IMG/VR virus record: IMGVR_UViG_3300035676_000013
Span: 1 to 46,438 of that record
Origin: a virus
Taxonomy: Duplodnaviria > Caudoviricetes
Reading direction: 5' to 3' (one strand)
DNA: 46,438 nucleotides
Below, one piece after another: positions 8,097 through 18,500 of this stretch. Under the pieces are notes generated by a model. It searched no databases. It saw nothing but the letters and a program-made list of their open reading frames with translations, and was not told where the DNA came from. Both the position numbers and the translations under genes were made by a program. Numbering within the stretch: position 1 is the stretch's first letter; every line of letters begins with the position of its first letter.

Positions 8097-11000
8097 ATGG
8101 GAAACGTAGTCTCCTATGCTCAGTCCTCCTTCAACTCTGGAGAACTGTCACCAAGGATGTTGGGCAGGTCTGACCATGACAAGTACAAGAGTGGTCTGCA
8201 GCTTTGCGAGAATGCTATCATCCTTCCACATGGTGGGACCACCAGAAGACCAGGGTTTGAGTACATTCACGAGGTGAAGGATTCCACTAAGCTTGTAGAA
8301 CTTGTCCCTTTTGAGTACTCAGAAGATAAAGCGTATGCACTGGAGTTTGGTGACCTGTACATGCGTGTTTTCATGGATGGTGGCATTGTTGTCACACCTG
8401 ATGCCTACACTGTCCTGCTGCTTCACTGTGATGGTTCCGATGGTGGAATCACATTCACGGATGACAGTCCAACGATCCACACAGTTACACCAAACGGCAA
8501 TGCCCAGGTGGACACTGCTGCATACTACTTTGCAACCGGCTCACTGCTCCTTGACGGTACAGGTGATTACCTGTCTGTCCCTGACCATGCAAACTTCTTC
8601 TTTGACAATGCTGCATTCACAATCGACACATGGGTACGCTTTGACGTAGTTGATCGAATCCACACCATCTACTATCAGGCAGACACCACTGCAGGAGACA
8701 TGATCTGGCTATACTACGATGGTGTGTTGGACGTATTCGTGTTCCGTGTTGTAGACGCAGGTGTGCTCATCATTCAATGCGTGACCACTGGTGACACAGG
8801 TGTGGACGCAGCAGAATGGCATCATGTCGCAGTTGTGAACGATGCGACCAATCTCAAGATATATGTTGATGGTGTTGAGTTTGGGACAATCGCATCAGGT
8901 GCAGGTGTCTCGATACCCAACCACGACCAGACTGTACGCATTGGCGGAGGAATTGCAACCACTACAGCACTGGATTTCAGCAGCACATGCAAAGTTATCA
9001 CTGCAAATAATGGTGCGTTCATCAGTTCAGACCAACAGAAGTGGGGTGATGGTTCACTCTACACTGACGGTGTAAACGATTACTGGTCTATCCCTGACCA
9101 TGCTGATTTCGATGTTGCCAATGTGGTGGACTCTACAATCGACCTTTGGGTGAAGTTTGTCGCACACGCAGCAACTCACACCATTGTTGGTCAATATCAG
9201 GATGCAAACAATTACTGGACCATTAGAAACACACACGCAACAGGATTGACCTTCCTTCTGGCTACAGGTGGAACCACAAGAATAAACACACTTGGTCCAG
9301 AAATTGCTGATAGCAACTGGCACCACATTGCCGTAGTAAACGACTCCGATCATTGGGGTTTGTACTTGGATGGTGTTCAGCAGGGATACGCTTATGAAGC
9401 AACCGATAGGTCAATGGCAGGTGCATTGGCTATAGGTGCTTTGACAGCAGGTGCTGAGTTAGCAAATGTATTTGTCGATGATCTACGGATCACAAACACA
9501 AATTCGTTCTCTGTAAACCCTGCCACTTGGTTGCTCGATTCAAGTGGTGCTGCTCATGGATATGCTACAGCAGCAGGGCAAGTCTACCCATCATATACTG
9601 GAAAGTGGGGCAGTGGCGGATTTTATTTTGACGGTACTAATGATTACATTTCATACGCAGACCACGCAGATTGGGATGTTGTCGCAGAGGCAACATCAAC
9701 TGTAGACTTTTGGGCAAAACTGTCTGACCACACTGGAAACGACACATACATAGGGCAACTGCAGGATGGAAATAACTATTGGGAAATTGTCAATCTACAT
9801 GGCACTGGACTTCAGTGGGTGATGGCTACTGGTGGTGCGGTAAGGTGGACAGCAACCTCAACTGAAATATCAGACACTAATTGGCACCACTTCGCACTAA
9901 TCAACTCTGGAGACAAGTTCGGTGTGTTTTTGGATGGTGCCCAGGTTTCTTATGCTGCAGACACGAACAACTATGCGATCAATGGACCACTATACATTGG
10001 TTGTGAGGGTGGGTCTGGAAGGTTCCTGCAGGGATACATTGACGAGATACGAATTACCCACTCAAACGTGTTCAACGTGGACTGTGGATCTTGGCTTATC
10101 GATTCAAGTGGTGCTGCACACTCTGCACCTACTGTAGCCGGTGGTATTGGACCATCATCCACTGGAAAGTGGGGCACTGGAAGTTTCTCGTTTGATGGTG
10201 TGGATGACTATCTATCATTCGCAGACCATGCAGATTGGGACTTGTTTAACGAGGCACACTCTTCTGTTGACATGTGGTTTAAGCTTGACACACACGCAGG
10301 AATTTCTCACATGGTCAAGCATTCAACGGATGGAAACAATTTCTGGAGAATTTGCAACAACCACGGAAACTGGTTGGGTTTTCAACTTTGCAGTGGTGGC
10401 ACTTATCACGTTGATGCAAGGGCTACAGAAGTAGCCGACACAGATTGGCACCATCTCGCAGTGGTAAACGACAGTGACTATTTCGGACTATACCTTGACG
10501 GTGTGCAGGTTGGGTATGGATACTATGCCACGGACAAGGCGTTTGCAGGTACGATGGAAATAGGAAACTGGTCAGGTTCTGGTGGACTCTTTGATGGATA
10601 CATTGACGAGTTTCGACTGATGCACTCCAATCCATGGGGTGTAGATCCTGGGAAATGGGTTACAGACAGTGCCGTAGGTTGGGTTGCTGCTGCACAGGCT
10701 TATGCAGCACCTTCGACTACATACAAGTGGGGAAACGGTAGTCTCTTCTGTTCGACTGCAAGCGGAAAGTATTTGCGTGTTTCAGACAGTGCAGATTGGG
10801 AAATAGGAAATGAAACGAACTTTACAGTAGATATGTGGGTGAAGTCAACTGACCACACTGGCAGTGATGACATGTTGGCATACGTTCTCAATGCAAACAA
10901 CTATTGGGAAATCAGAAACCAACATGGTAGTGGTGTTCAATTCCTCTTGGCAACCGGTGGTGTGGTGAGGTACACACTTACTGCTGCAGGTGCAGAGATA

Positions 11001-13289
11001 ACAGATAACAACTGGCACCACATTGCAGTCATCAAGGTTGACCACGAGTTTGGAATATACAGGGATGGTGTACAGTATGCCTATCAGCACGATGCCAACC
11101 TGTACGAGTTGGGTGCTGCTGCCACTTACCTTGACATAGGATCTTTCGCAGGTGCATCGATATGGGATGGGTACATTGACGAGTTGCGTATCACACACGC
11201 AAACTCGTTCAGTGCTGCACCAAATGTTGGGATGACCAACACCATAACCGTTCCGACTGCTGCTCACACGAGTGACGCAAATACAGTCCTGCTCATGCAC
11301 TTTGACTATGACGCACTAACGGTCCCAACAGCAGCACACACAAGTGATGCAGACACCGTTCTGTTATTGCACGCAGACCCTGCCTCCATTACTGTTCCAA
11401 CTGCTGCACATACATCTAATGCAGACACAGTGCTGTTAATGCACGCAGACCCTGAGACACTTACTATTCCTACAACAAGACACTTCACTGACGCAAACAC
11501 AAAGCTATTGATCAGTTCTGACATGTATGCGTGTGATGGTCACATTGATGAATTTCGTGTGAGCAAGGGAATAGCCAGATGGACCGCAGCGTTCACACTT
11601 CCTACCCAGGAATATCCTGCAGGTGGAGGAAGCACTGACTATGAATTAGCGACACTGTATACTGAAGACGAAGTGGCAGACCTCAGAGTGGTGCAGGGTG
11701 ATGACATCCTTTATATAGCTCACCCTTCGCATGATGTTTACAAACTTGAGAGAACAGACGATGATGCCTGGACCATCACAGAGATCACCTGGGAAGAACC
11801 TCCGTGGAACGATGTGAACACAACGGCAACCACACTGGACAGTGCTGCAGTTACAGGGACCGATGTTGCACTGGTTGCCAGTGCACCATACTTTTCAGCA
11901 AATATGGTTGGTGCTTACTTCAAGATGAAAAACGGATGGGGCAGGATCGATCAGGTTACAGATGCCACCAACGCAAGGTGGGATATTATCAATGACCTCG
12001 ATGACCACAACGCTACGGCAACTTGGTATCGTGGTGCCTGGGACATCGAGCAGGGTTATCCATCCTGTATTGCAATCCACGAGGACAGGCTTATCCTGTC
12101 AGGTGTGGCAGACCATCCACTCACCGTGTATATGAGCAGGACCGGAGACTACGATGACTTTGGACTTTCCTCTCCTGTTGTTGACACGGACTCTCTCACA
12201 ATCACCATTTGGTCTCAATCGCAGAACGCAGTGAAGTGGTTGCAGTCAGGGAAAAGGTTATACGTAGGAACCGTGGGTGCTGAGTTTTGGGTATCAGGTG
12301 CAACAGTGGACACACCTATTGCACCGGACTCAGTGCAGGCAAAACCTGAGACCAGGGTGGGCAGTGAAGGCATTGCCCCACTGATGATCGACAACGCAGT
12401 GATCTTTGTGCAGGATGGTGGTGAGAGGCTGAGACTGTGGTCATACACCATACAGTCCGATGGTTTTGAAAGTGCTGATCTGTCACTGCTAAGTGAGCAC
12501 ATGACAGCAAGCAATCCATTCTTGAAAATCCAGTATGCCAAGTGGCCTCACTCCGTGGTCTGGTGCACCACACTGGACGGTACACTGCTTGGTTTGACCA
12601 TCATCAAGGAGCACCAGATCGTTGGATGGCATAAGCACACAACAGGCACAACTGACAGTGTAGAAAGCATTGCCGTAATCCCAGGAGACTATGGTGACGA
12701 ATTATGGATGGTGGTTGCACGCAGTGTGAATGGGTCCACAGTCAGGTATGTCGAGAGAATGTCACCTGACTTCTTTGGGTCTACACTCCCTTATGCATTC
12801 TTTGTTGACTCAGGACTTACCTACGCAGGTGCACCTGCTACCGTGTTCTATGGACTGGACAACCTTGAAAACGAGACAGTACAGGTAATCGCAGATGGAA
12901 TATACGTTGGTGATGTGGTGATTGCCACAGGATCGTTCACATTGGACACTGCAGCATCTGTTGTTACGGCAGGACTTGGATACAACTCCAATTGGCAGAC
13001 CGTTCCTTATGACATGGCACCAAAGGGAGAGGCAACCACAGACACTATTAAGAAACGCATCTTTGCCGTGATGCTCAAGTTGTACGAGACATCTGATGTC
13101 AAGATGGGCAGGGACTCCTCCAATCTAGTGGACGTTCCTATGACAGATGGGACCATGTACACGGACTGGTATCGAAGAGAGTTCAACGGTGAGAACAGTG
13201 TCAATCCCACGATCTACATTAGACAGGACAAGCCATTGCCTGCAACGATCCTGTCCCTTGTTGCCGACTTTGAATTAGGAGGACGCTAA
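8097..13289 (+). CDS. tail nozzle (tail tubular protein B, T7 gp12-like) with five inserted LamG/ConA-like domains
   Basis: SFNSGELSPRM.GR, GGTTRRPG, YALEFGDLYMR, GYPS..HEDRL, SRTGDYDDF, GWHKH, FVDSGL, LENETV, P.PATIL; insert has five WHH(I/V/F/L)A motifs. Confidence 0.9.
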   Translation: MGNVVSYAQSSFNSGELSPRMLGRSDHDKYKSGLQLCENAIILPHGGTTRRPGFEYIHEVKDSTKLVELVPFEYSEDKAYALEFGDLYMRVFMDGGIVVTPDAYTVLLLHCDGSDGGITFTDDSPTIHTVTPNGNAQVDTAAYYFATGSLLLDGTGDYLSVPDHANFFFDNAAFTIDTWVRFDVVDRIHTIYYQADTTAGDMIWLYYDGVLDVFVFRVVDAGVLIIQCVTTGDTGVDAAEWHHVAVVNDATNLKIYVDGVEFGTIASGAGVSIPNHDQTVRIGGGIATTTALDFSSTCKVITANNGAFISSDQQKWGDGSLYTDGVNDYWSIPDHADFDVANVVDSTIDLWVKFVAHAATHTIVGQYQDANNYWTIRNTHATGLTFLLATGGTTRINTLGPEIADSNWHHIAVVNDSDHWGLYLDGVQQGYAYEATDRSMAGALAIGALTAGAELANVFVDDLRITNTNSFSVNPATWLLDSSGAAHGYATAAGQVYPSYTGKWGSGGFYFDGTNDYISYADHADWDVVAEATSTVDFWAKLSDHTGNDTYIGQLQDGNNYWEIVNLHGTGLQWVMATGGAVRWTATSTEISDTNWHHFALINSGDKFGVFLDGAQVSYAADTNNYAINGPLYIGCEGGSGRFLQGYIDEIRITHSNVFNVDCGSWLIDSSGAAHSAPTVAGGIGPSSTGKWGTGSFSFDGVDDYLSFADHADWDLFNEAHSSVDMWFKLDTHAGISHMVKHSTDGNNFWRICNNHGNWLGFQLCSGGTYHVDARATEVADTDWHHLAVVNDSDYFGLYLDGVQVGYGYYATDKAFAGTMEIGNWSGSGGLFDGYIDEFRLMHSNPWGVDPGKWVTDSAVGWVAAAQAYAAPSTTYKWGNGSLFCSTASGKYLRVSDSADWEIGNETNFTVDMWVKSTDHTGSDDMLAYVLNANNYWEIRNQHGSGVQFLLATGGVVRYTLTAAGAEITDNNWHHIAVIKVDHEFGIYRDGVQYAYQHDANLYELGAAATYLDIGSFAGASIWDGYIDELRITHANSFSAAPNVGMTNTITVPTAAHTSDANTVLLMHFDYDALTVPTAAHTSDADTVLLLHADPASITVPTAAHTSNADTVLLMHADPETLTIPTTRHFTDANTKLLISSDMYACDGHIDEFRVSKGIARWTAAFTLPTQEYPAGGGSTDYELATLYTEDEVADLRVVQGDDILYIAHPSHDVYKLERTDDDAWTITEITWEEPPWNDVNTTATTLDSAAVTGTDVALVASAPYFSANMVGAYFKMKNGWGRIDQVTDATNARWDIINDLDDHNATATWYRGAWDIEQGYPSCIAIHEDRLILSGVADHPLTVYMSRTGDYDDFGLSSPVVDTDSLTITIWSQSQNAVKWLQSGKRLYVGTVGAEFWVSGATVDTPIAPDSVQAKPETRVGSEGIAPLMIDNAVIFVQDGGERLRLWSYTIQSDGFESADLSLLSEHMTASNPFLKIQYAKWPHSVVWCTTLDGTLLGLTIIKEHQIVGWHKHTTGTTDSVESIAVIPGDYGDELWMVVARSVNGSTVRYVERMSPDFFGSTLPYAFFVDSGLTYAGAPATVFYGLDNLENETVQVIADGIYVGDVVIATGSFTLDTAASVVTAGLGYNSNWQTVPYDMAPKGEATTDTIKKRIFAVMLKLYETSDVKMGRDSSNLVDVPMTDGTMYTDWYRREFNGENSVNPTIYIRQDKPLPATILSLVADFELGGR
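11247..11534 (+). repeat. 4 x 72-bp (24-aa) tandem coding repeat T(V/I)PT..H.S.A(N/D)T.LL
   Basis: Units start at 11247, 11319, 11391 and 11463; synonymously diverged; fourth copy degenerate. Confidence 0.9.
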
Positions 13290-13290
13290 T

Positions 13291-13746
13291 ATGTGGGGTG
13301 CCATTATAGGACTTGCTTCAGCAGCAGTCAGTGCTTATTCAAGCAAAAAGAAATCAGATGCTGAATCCAACGCAAATGCTGCCAACGCAGAGTCGATGGA
13401 GGAGGAAAAGAAGTTTCAAGAGTGGAGGACTGCCACCCTTCTCAAGAAACAGCAGCAGTATACCAACTCTGTAATGGCAGCACAACGCACTGCCTTTGCC
13501 AAGAACGGTATCAGACTGGACACAGGCACAAGCCAACAGTTAGCTGAATCCACGCTTGCCCAGGCAGCAGAAGACGCATCCTATATAAGGATGGAGGGTG
13601 AGTTCAACGCAAAGCGTGCCAGTTCCGCAGGCTCACTCTACTCTCAGCAGGCAAAGGATGCACAAACAGCAGGTATGATCTCAGGTGGCACGACACTGTT
13701 GACAGGTGGTTGGCAGTTTGCACAATCCATGGGATGGTTTAGTTAG
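13291..13746 (+). CDS. internal virion/ejection protein (gp14-like)
   Basis: 151 aa; hydrophobic N-terminus, QRTAFAKNG, Ala/Ser/Gly-rich; first gene after nozzle. Confidence 0.75.
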   Translation: MWGAIIGLASAAVSAYSSKKKSDAESNANAANAESMEEEKKFQEWRTATLLKKQQQYTNSVMAAQRTAFAKNGIRLDTGTSQQLAESTLAQAAEDASYIRMEGEFNAKRASSAGSLYSQQAKDAQTAGMISGGTTLLTGGWQFAQSMGWFS

Positions 13747-13755
13747 GAGATCGAG

Positions 13756-15561
13756 ATGCCTAAAGTACCAGTGTACCAAGATCAAGGTGGAATACCAACT
13801 TCGTCCAGACCTTTCATAGTAGACGCAAGCAAGTATGGTGACACATGGAATGCCGTTGAGCGTTCCGCCAAGGAAGTGGGGCAACGTGCAGAGCAGTTTG
13901 AGAAGGAACGTGACGTTCTTGCCGTGAGTGAGTCCCTGGCTAAACTTGGTGACGAAGAGAGAGAGTTCACCAAGAAAGAGCTAGAGGAAAACCAGGGAGA
14001 GAAGGCTACAGGTTCCATACAACGTGCTGACGAGTTTTACAGGACTGCCTCTGAAAAGCATGGTGCCAACCTAAGTGCCAGAGCACAGAAGATGTTTAGA
14101 GAGAGCACGCTCAAGATGCGTGACGGTCTCCTCGATAGGCTTGCCGGCAACGAGGCACAACAGCACCAGAAGCACAAGCAATCTGTGTTGGACAAGTCAC
14201 TTTCCTTGCTAGACGAAGGTATCAAGGAAGGGTTGACATCCGGTCAAATCAATATACATCTGATGCTTATCAATGATCAGATAGATGCCCTGCACCCTGG
14301 TGTTGATACTGCACATTTAAAACGGCAGGTAAAAGAAAAAGCCATGACTGCCATGCTGTGGCAGAGGGCAGCAAAAAATCCTGAGTGGGCACTCAAGACA
14401 ATAGCAGAGGACTCAGAAGAGGGTGGACCACTGCAGAATGCTATAGGATCATTGGAGATGGAGAAGATCAAATCCTTTGCTGAAAAACGAGATGTGGAAG
14501 AGAACACGCAGAAGTGGTTTGACACCATCAAGTCTGAGAATGGAACCAACTATGAGAGGATGGACAAGGCAATCGATGGTCTAAGTGTGAGCAGCAAAGT
14601 CAAAGAGGCATTGCACACCAGGGTCCGTTCAGACTTCGCCACGCAGAAAGCTTTCCGTGATGAACGCAGGCACGAGTTGGGCAGGGCAGAGCAGGGAAAG
14701 ATCGTGGATGCATTAGCGGAAAAGGATTACAACAAGGTTCTAGACATTGCCACCAAAGCACAGGGAATGGACCCATCTACAAGAGAGCATTACATACTAC
14801 AGGCTCAGAAGGCAATAGAGTCAGTGACATCAGGGAAGGCAGGAGACTTTGCCAAGAACAGTGAGAAGATGGAATCATGGGTGAACGAGGCAATAGAGTT
14901 GTATCCTCACTTGATCACCAAGGGACAGATCAGTGCTCTCGCAGGATATGGGTTGTCAGGTGACAAAGCTGCAGCACTGGAAAAGAGGCTTGAAGAGGTA
15001 CAGTCAAAACCGAATCCAAGGCTCACGATGACAGTCGATCAAATGAAGAGGGACCAGAGTGACAAACTACTCATGTACGGCAATGACCCAAAGCAATCCT
15101 CTATCAGGCTAAACGAGGCAATAGATGCTGCTCGTGCATTCCAGAGACAGTTTCCTGACAAGGATGTTTACAACGACTTCTATCTTCCGTACCGTGAGCA
15201 GTTGGGAAAGGGAAAGATACGAGAAGCATTTGCCGAAGCCTCTAAGAAGGTGGGCAAGGAAGGATACTTCCCAACACAACCCAAGGGTGCACCGGAAGAC
15301 TTTGGCTTGAGGCACGAGACACCAACGGAAAAGCAGGACTTCTACTTGAAGTGGCTCAGAAGGGACATCACCAGAGAGAAGCCATACGACAGGACAGAAG
15401 TACCAAAAGTTCTTCCGCCTGACCCAACAATCAAGGATGAAGGTGGCATCTATAAATGGTGGACCGGATTCGTTGACTGGATAACACCTGAGAGAAGGTC
15501 AACAGGTGCAGGTGACGAAGCAGAGGAAGAGAGTTCAGATCTGGACTTCAATATCCGATAG
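13756..15561 (+). CDS. internal virion/ejection protein (gp15-like)
   Basis: 601 aa helical; MPKVPVY start typical of this slot; synteny. Confidence 0.65.
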   Translation: MPKVPVYQDQGGIPTSSRPFIVDASKYGDTWNAVERSAKEVGQRAEQFEKERDVLAVSESLAKLGDEEREFTKKELEENQGEKATGSIQRADEFYRTASEKHGANLSARAQKMFRESTLKMRDGLLDRLAGNEAQQHQKHKQSVLDKSLSLLDEGIKEGLTSGQINIHLMLINDQIDALHPGVDTAHLKRQVKEKAMTAMLWQRAAKNPEWALKTIAEDSEEGGPLQNAIGSLEMEKIKSFAEKRDVEENTQKWFDTIKSENGTNYERMDKAIDGLSVSSKVKEALHTRVRSDFATQKAFRDERRHELGRAEQGKIVDALAEKDYNKVLDIATKAQGMDPSTREHYILQAQKAIESVTSGKAGDFAKNSEKMESWVNEAIELYPHLITKGQISALAGYGLSGDKAAALEKRLEEVQSKPNPRLTMTVDQMKRDQSDKLLMYGNDPKQSSIRLNEAIDAARAFQRQFPDKDVYNDFYLPYREQLGKGKIREAFAEASKKVGKEGYFPTQPKGAPEDFGLRHETPTEKQDFYLKWLRRDITREKPYDRTEVPKVLPPDPTIKDEGGIYKWWTGFVDWITPERRSTGAGDEAEEESSDLDFNIR

Positions 15562-15567
15562 GAGCAA

Positions 15568-18500
15568 ATGATGCCAGAGGTTCCCATCAATTTGGGTGAC
15601 ATTCCGGTTGAAGCAGGTGCTGCCAACTTCACAGAGGACCAACCTCAGACGATGATGGACACCACCTCTGAGGTGTTGAAGCAGAGCACACCTCCAGTGC
15701 AGGCACCGGAATCAAAATCATTCGATCCGTGGAATACTTCCCTGGATGACATCGAGAAGCCATTCAAGCAGATTGCATCCGATGCAGGTTGGACACTGGA
15801 AGACATTGGAGAGGCAAAACTTTACAGTGGCCTTGCCAACCTTCCTACAGACTTGGTTCTCGATAACATGGATGTTGCTCGTGAAGAGTACAAGAAGGAA
15901 CCATCCTTCATGGAGGCAACATCAAAAGCCTTTCAGCAGGATTCCATACAACATGAGATACATGTCCTGGCAAACAGGCAGGCACACGGTGAGGTTCTCA
16001 CACCTGACCTGCTTTTTAAGATGGACCAACTGGCGGAGCAGTCCAATGAAATAGCAAAATGGATGGAAGACAACAAGATGGGTTTTGTCCCTGAGATGAT
16101 CAAGGACAGTGCCAGTTCTCTTCTTCCAAGTATGTACCGTGGGCTTGAACGTGGTGCCCCTAAAGCTGCAGCTTATGGTGCCGTTGGTACAGGTATAGGA
16201 CTGATGACAGGACCGGCATCACCTGTAGCAGCACCAACAATAGCAGGTGCCTCATTCGCAGCAGGCATGACCATTGGTGTGTTTGAGTCCATGCAGGAGG
16301 AGATGACCGGTAAGATCTATTATGACATTATGCAGGAAGCAAAGAAGCAGGGACAACCGGTCAACATCGAGAACGCACAGACAATTGCACAGATCGGTGG
16401 TACGGTTGATGCTGCCCTTGAATTGGTCGAGTGGGGCATTCTAGCCAGGGCACCTGGGGCATCGTGGCTCACTAAACCAGTCAAGAACTTCATGTCAAAG
16501 ACTCTCACCAGAAGAGTTATTGGCACTTTTGTTGGTCAGGCAATAGGCACTACAGCATCAGAGACAGTCACAGAAACACTTCAAGACACTGTAGACATGG
16601 CAGCACTGGAATATGCAAAACGCATGAACAACCAAGAGGGTGCCAGTTATAAGATTGCCGATGCAGCAGAGATGGGGAAGCAGGTGGTAAAGTCCTTACA
16701 GGACAATGCACGAGTCATGGCACCTGCAGGTATTTTCAGAGCAGTGCTTGGTGGCATTGGTGCGTCCATGTCTAAACGTCCTGGGAAATTTGTTAAGCTT
16801 CACGACAACCCCACGAGCACCAGTTACTCCTATGCTATATACGATGTTACCGATGCTGCTGAAAACATGATGGCTGAGAACCCAGGTAGGCTTGAGGATC
16901 TTGAGACATTCATTAAGAACACATCAGGTGCAATCGAGTTTCCTGACACCATGGCAAAGGAAGCAGCAGACATCATTGCCGGCACGGAGTTCAGAGAAGG
17001 CTTTTCTAACAGGGAAGACCTCAAGGCTCAGATCATGGCAGCAAGACCGGAGACCATGGACGAAGAAAAAGCCGACAAGATGGTTTCCATGATTGAGCTT
17101 CATGCCAACTACAGGGGCGAGGATCTCTCCGAATATACCAACAGGTACATCCGTGGAATCGTGCAGGGTCAGGAGACTGCAGGTCAGTACTTCTCACGCA
17201 GGGTGGATGAAGAGACAGGCAAGGTGGAGTTGAAGCCCACGGAAAAGCCTGAGTCCCAGGTGCAGGACTGGTTATTTGAATCCTACACCAGTGAAGAGGC
17301 AGAGTCCTACTTTACAAGGATCAGGGAATTTATAGGATCTCAGAGAAGGCTTGCGACCAAGGGAAGATCCTCACTGGCAGCAAACCAGAAAACGATAATG
17401 TCCATTGACTTCTCCACGGTGTGTCCATTCAAGGAGATGGGCAGTCCGTGCATTTACTGCTATGTGGAGCAACCCAGGACATGGGTCAAGAAGTTGGGCC
17501 ACAAGCTTTTCGGCAATAGCCCAAAGCTTGAGCACCAGACCATCAACTATACCAACGAGATTCTGGAGATGCCCCAGGAACTGGTGGACTTCTTCAACTC
17601 TATAGGTGGTCTGCGTGTCTTCTCCTTTGGTGACTATCGTGAGCAGGACATGGCAAAGATGCAGACCGTCATCGACCATGCAAAGCAACGTGGTCTCAAG
17701 CTGAAAGCAATCACCAAACAGCAACCTTTCATAGACAAGTTTGGAAAGGATGTTCAGACAGACCTCTCCACGGACTTTGATCCTGACTTTGCTGAAAAGA
17801 TTTCCTCAGACAGAAATGTGCAGATGACACTGAAGAGTGCACGGTCACTGATCTCCAGGGCAATGACACCAAGTGATGCAGTGGCTCAGAAAGCTGCCAA
17901 CCCAAACGTGAGACTCCGGTACGTTGCGATGAATCGTGCCGATGCTATCCTCGCCATCATGTCACCAAAGTATGATGTGGTCACACTCTACCATGGGTAC
18001 ACGGACCCTGAGAAGTTGATGGCTATTTGGAGGATACAGAATCCAGACCTGTTCAAGAACCTTGGTGAGGAGACAGTCAGGGCACTGTCAGAGATGTTCC
18101 AGTCCTCCAAGACCAAGACCTACACTGATCCTGATAAGTCCATAATGAAGCTTGTCCACAGAGTCACTGGAGACCCAACAATCACAGAGGAGCAATTTAA
18201 ACAACAGGCACTGAAGAAACTCTGCTGCCAGTACAATGCTTGTGGAAAATGCTCCGTGTGTTGTGGCTTTAAAAAGGGGGAAGGACTCCAGATCCTTAAC
18301 CAGTTTCTATCCGGTGAAGTCCGTGCATCCATAGAATTTGACATCGACAACCGTGCACTGATCAGGGCATTCAAGTCAGCAGAGGTTGCAGACTTCGTGC
18401 ACGAGTTGGGTCACCTGTTCCGAAGAACATTGCTGCCAGAGGATCTTGCCGTTGTCGAAGGCATCTTCAAGGTAAAGGATGGTGTCTGGACAGAGGCCCA

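Noticed and set aside
11247-11534. 72-bp repeats as a CRISPR array or DGR template
   Set aside because: In-frame coding repeats diverged at synonymous positions, with no spacers and no cas genes.
1320-13289. Diversity-generating retroelement, given the BPP-1-like head genes
   Set aside because: No reverse transcriptase motif, Avd-like gene or TR/VR pair differing only at adenines was seen.
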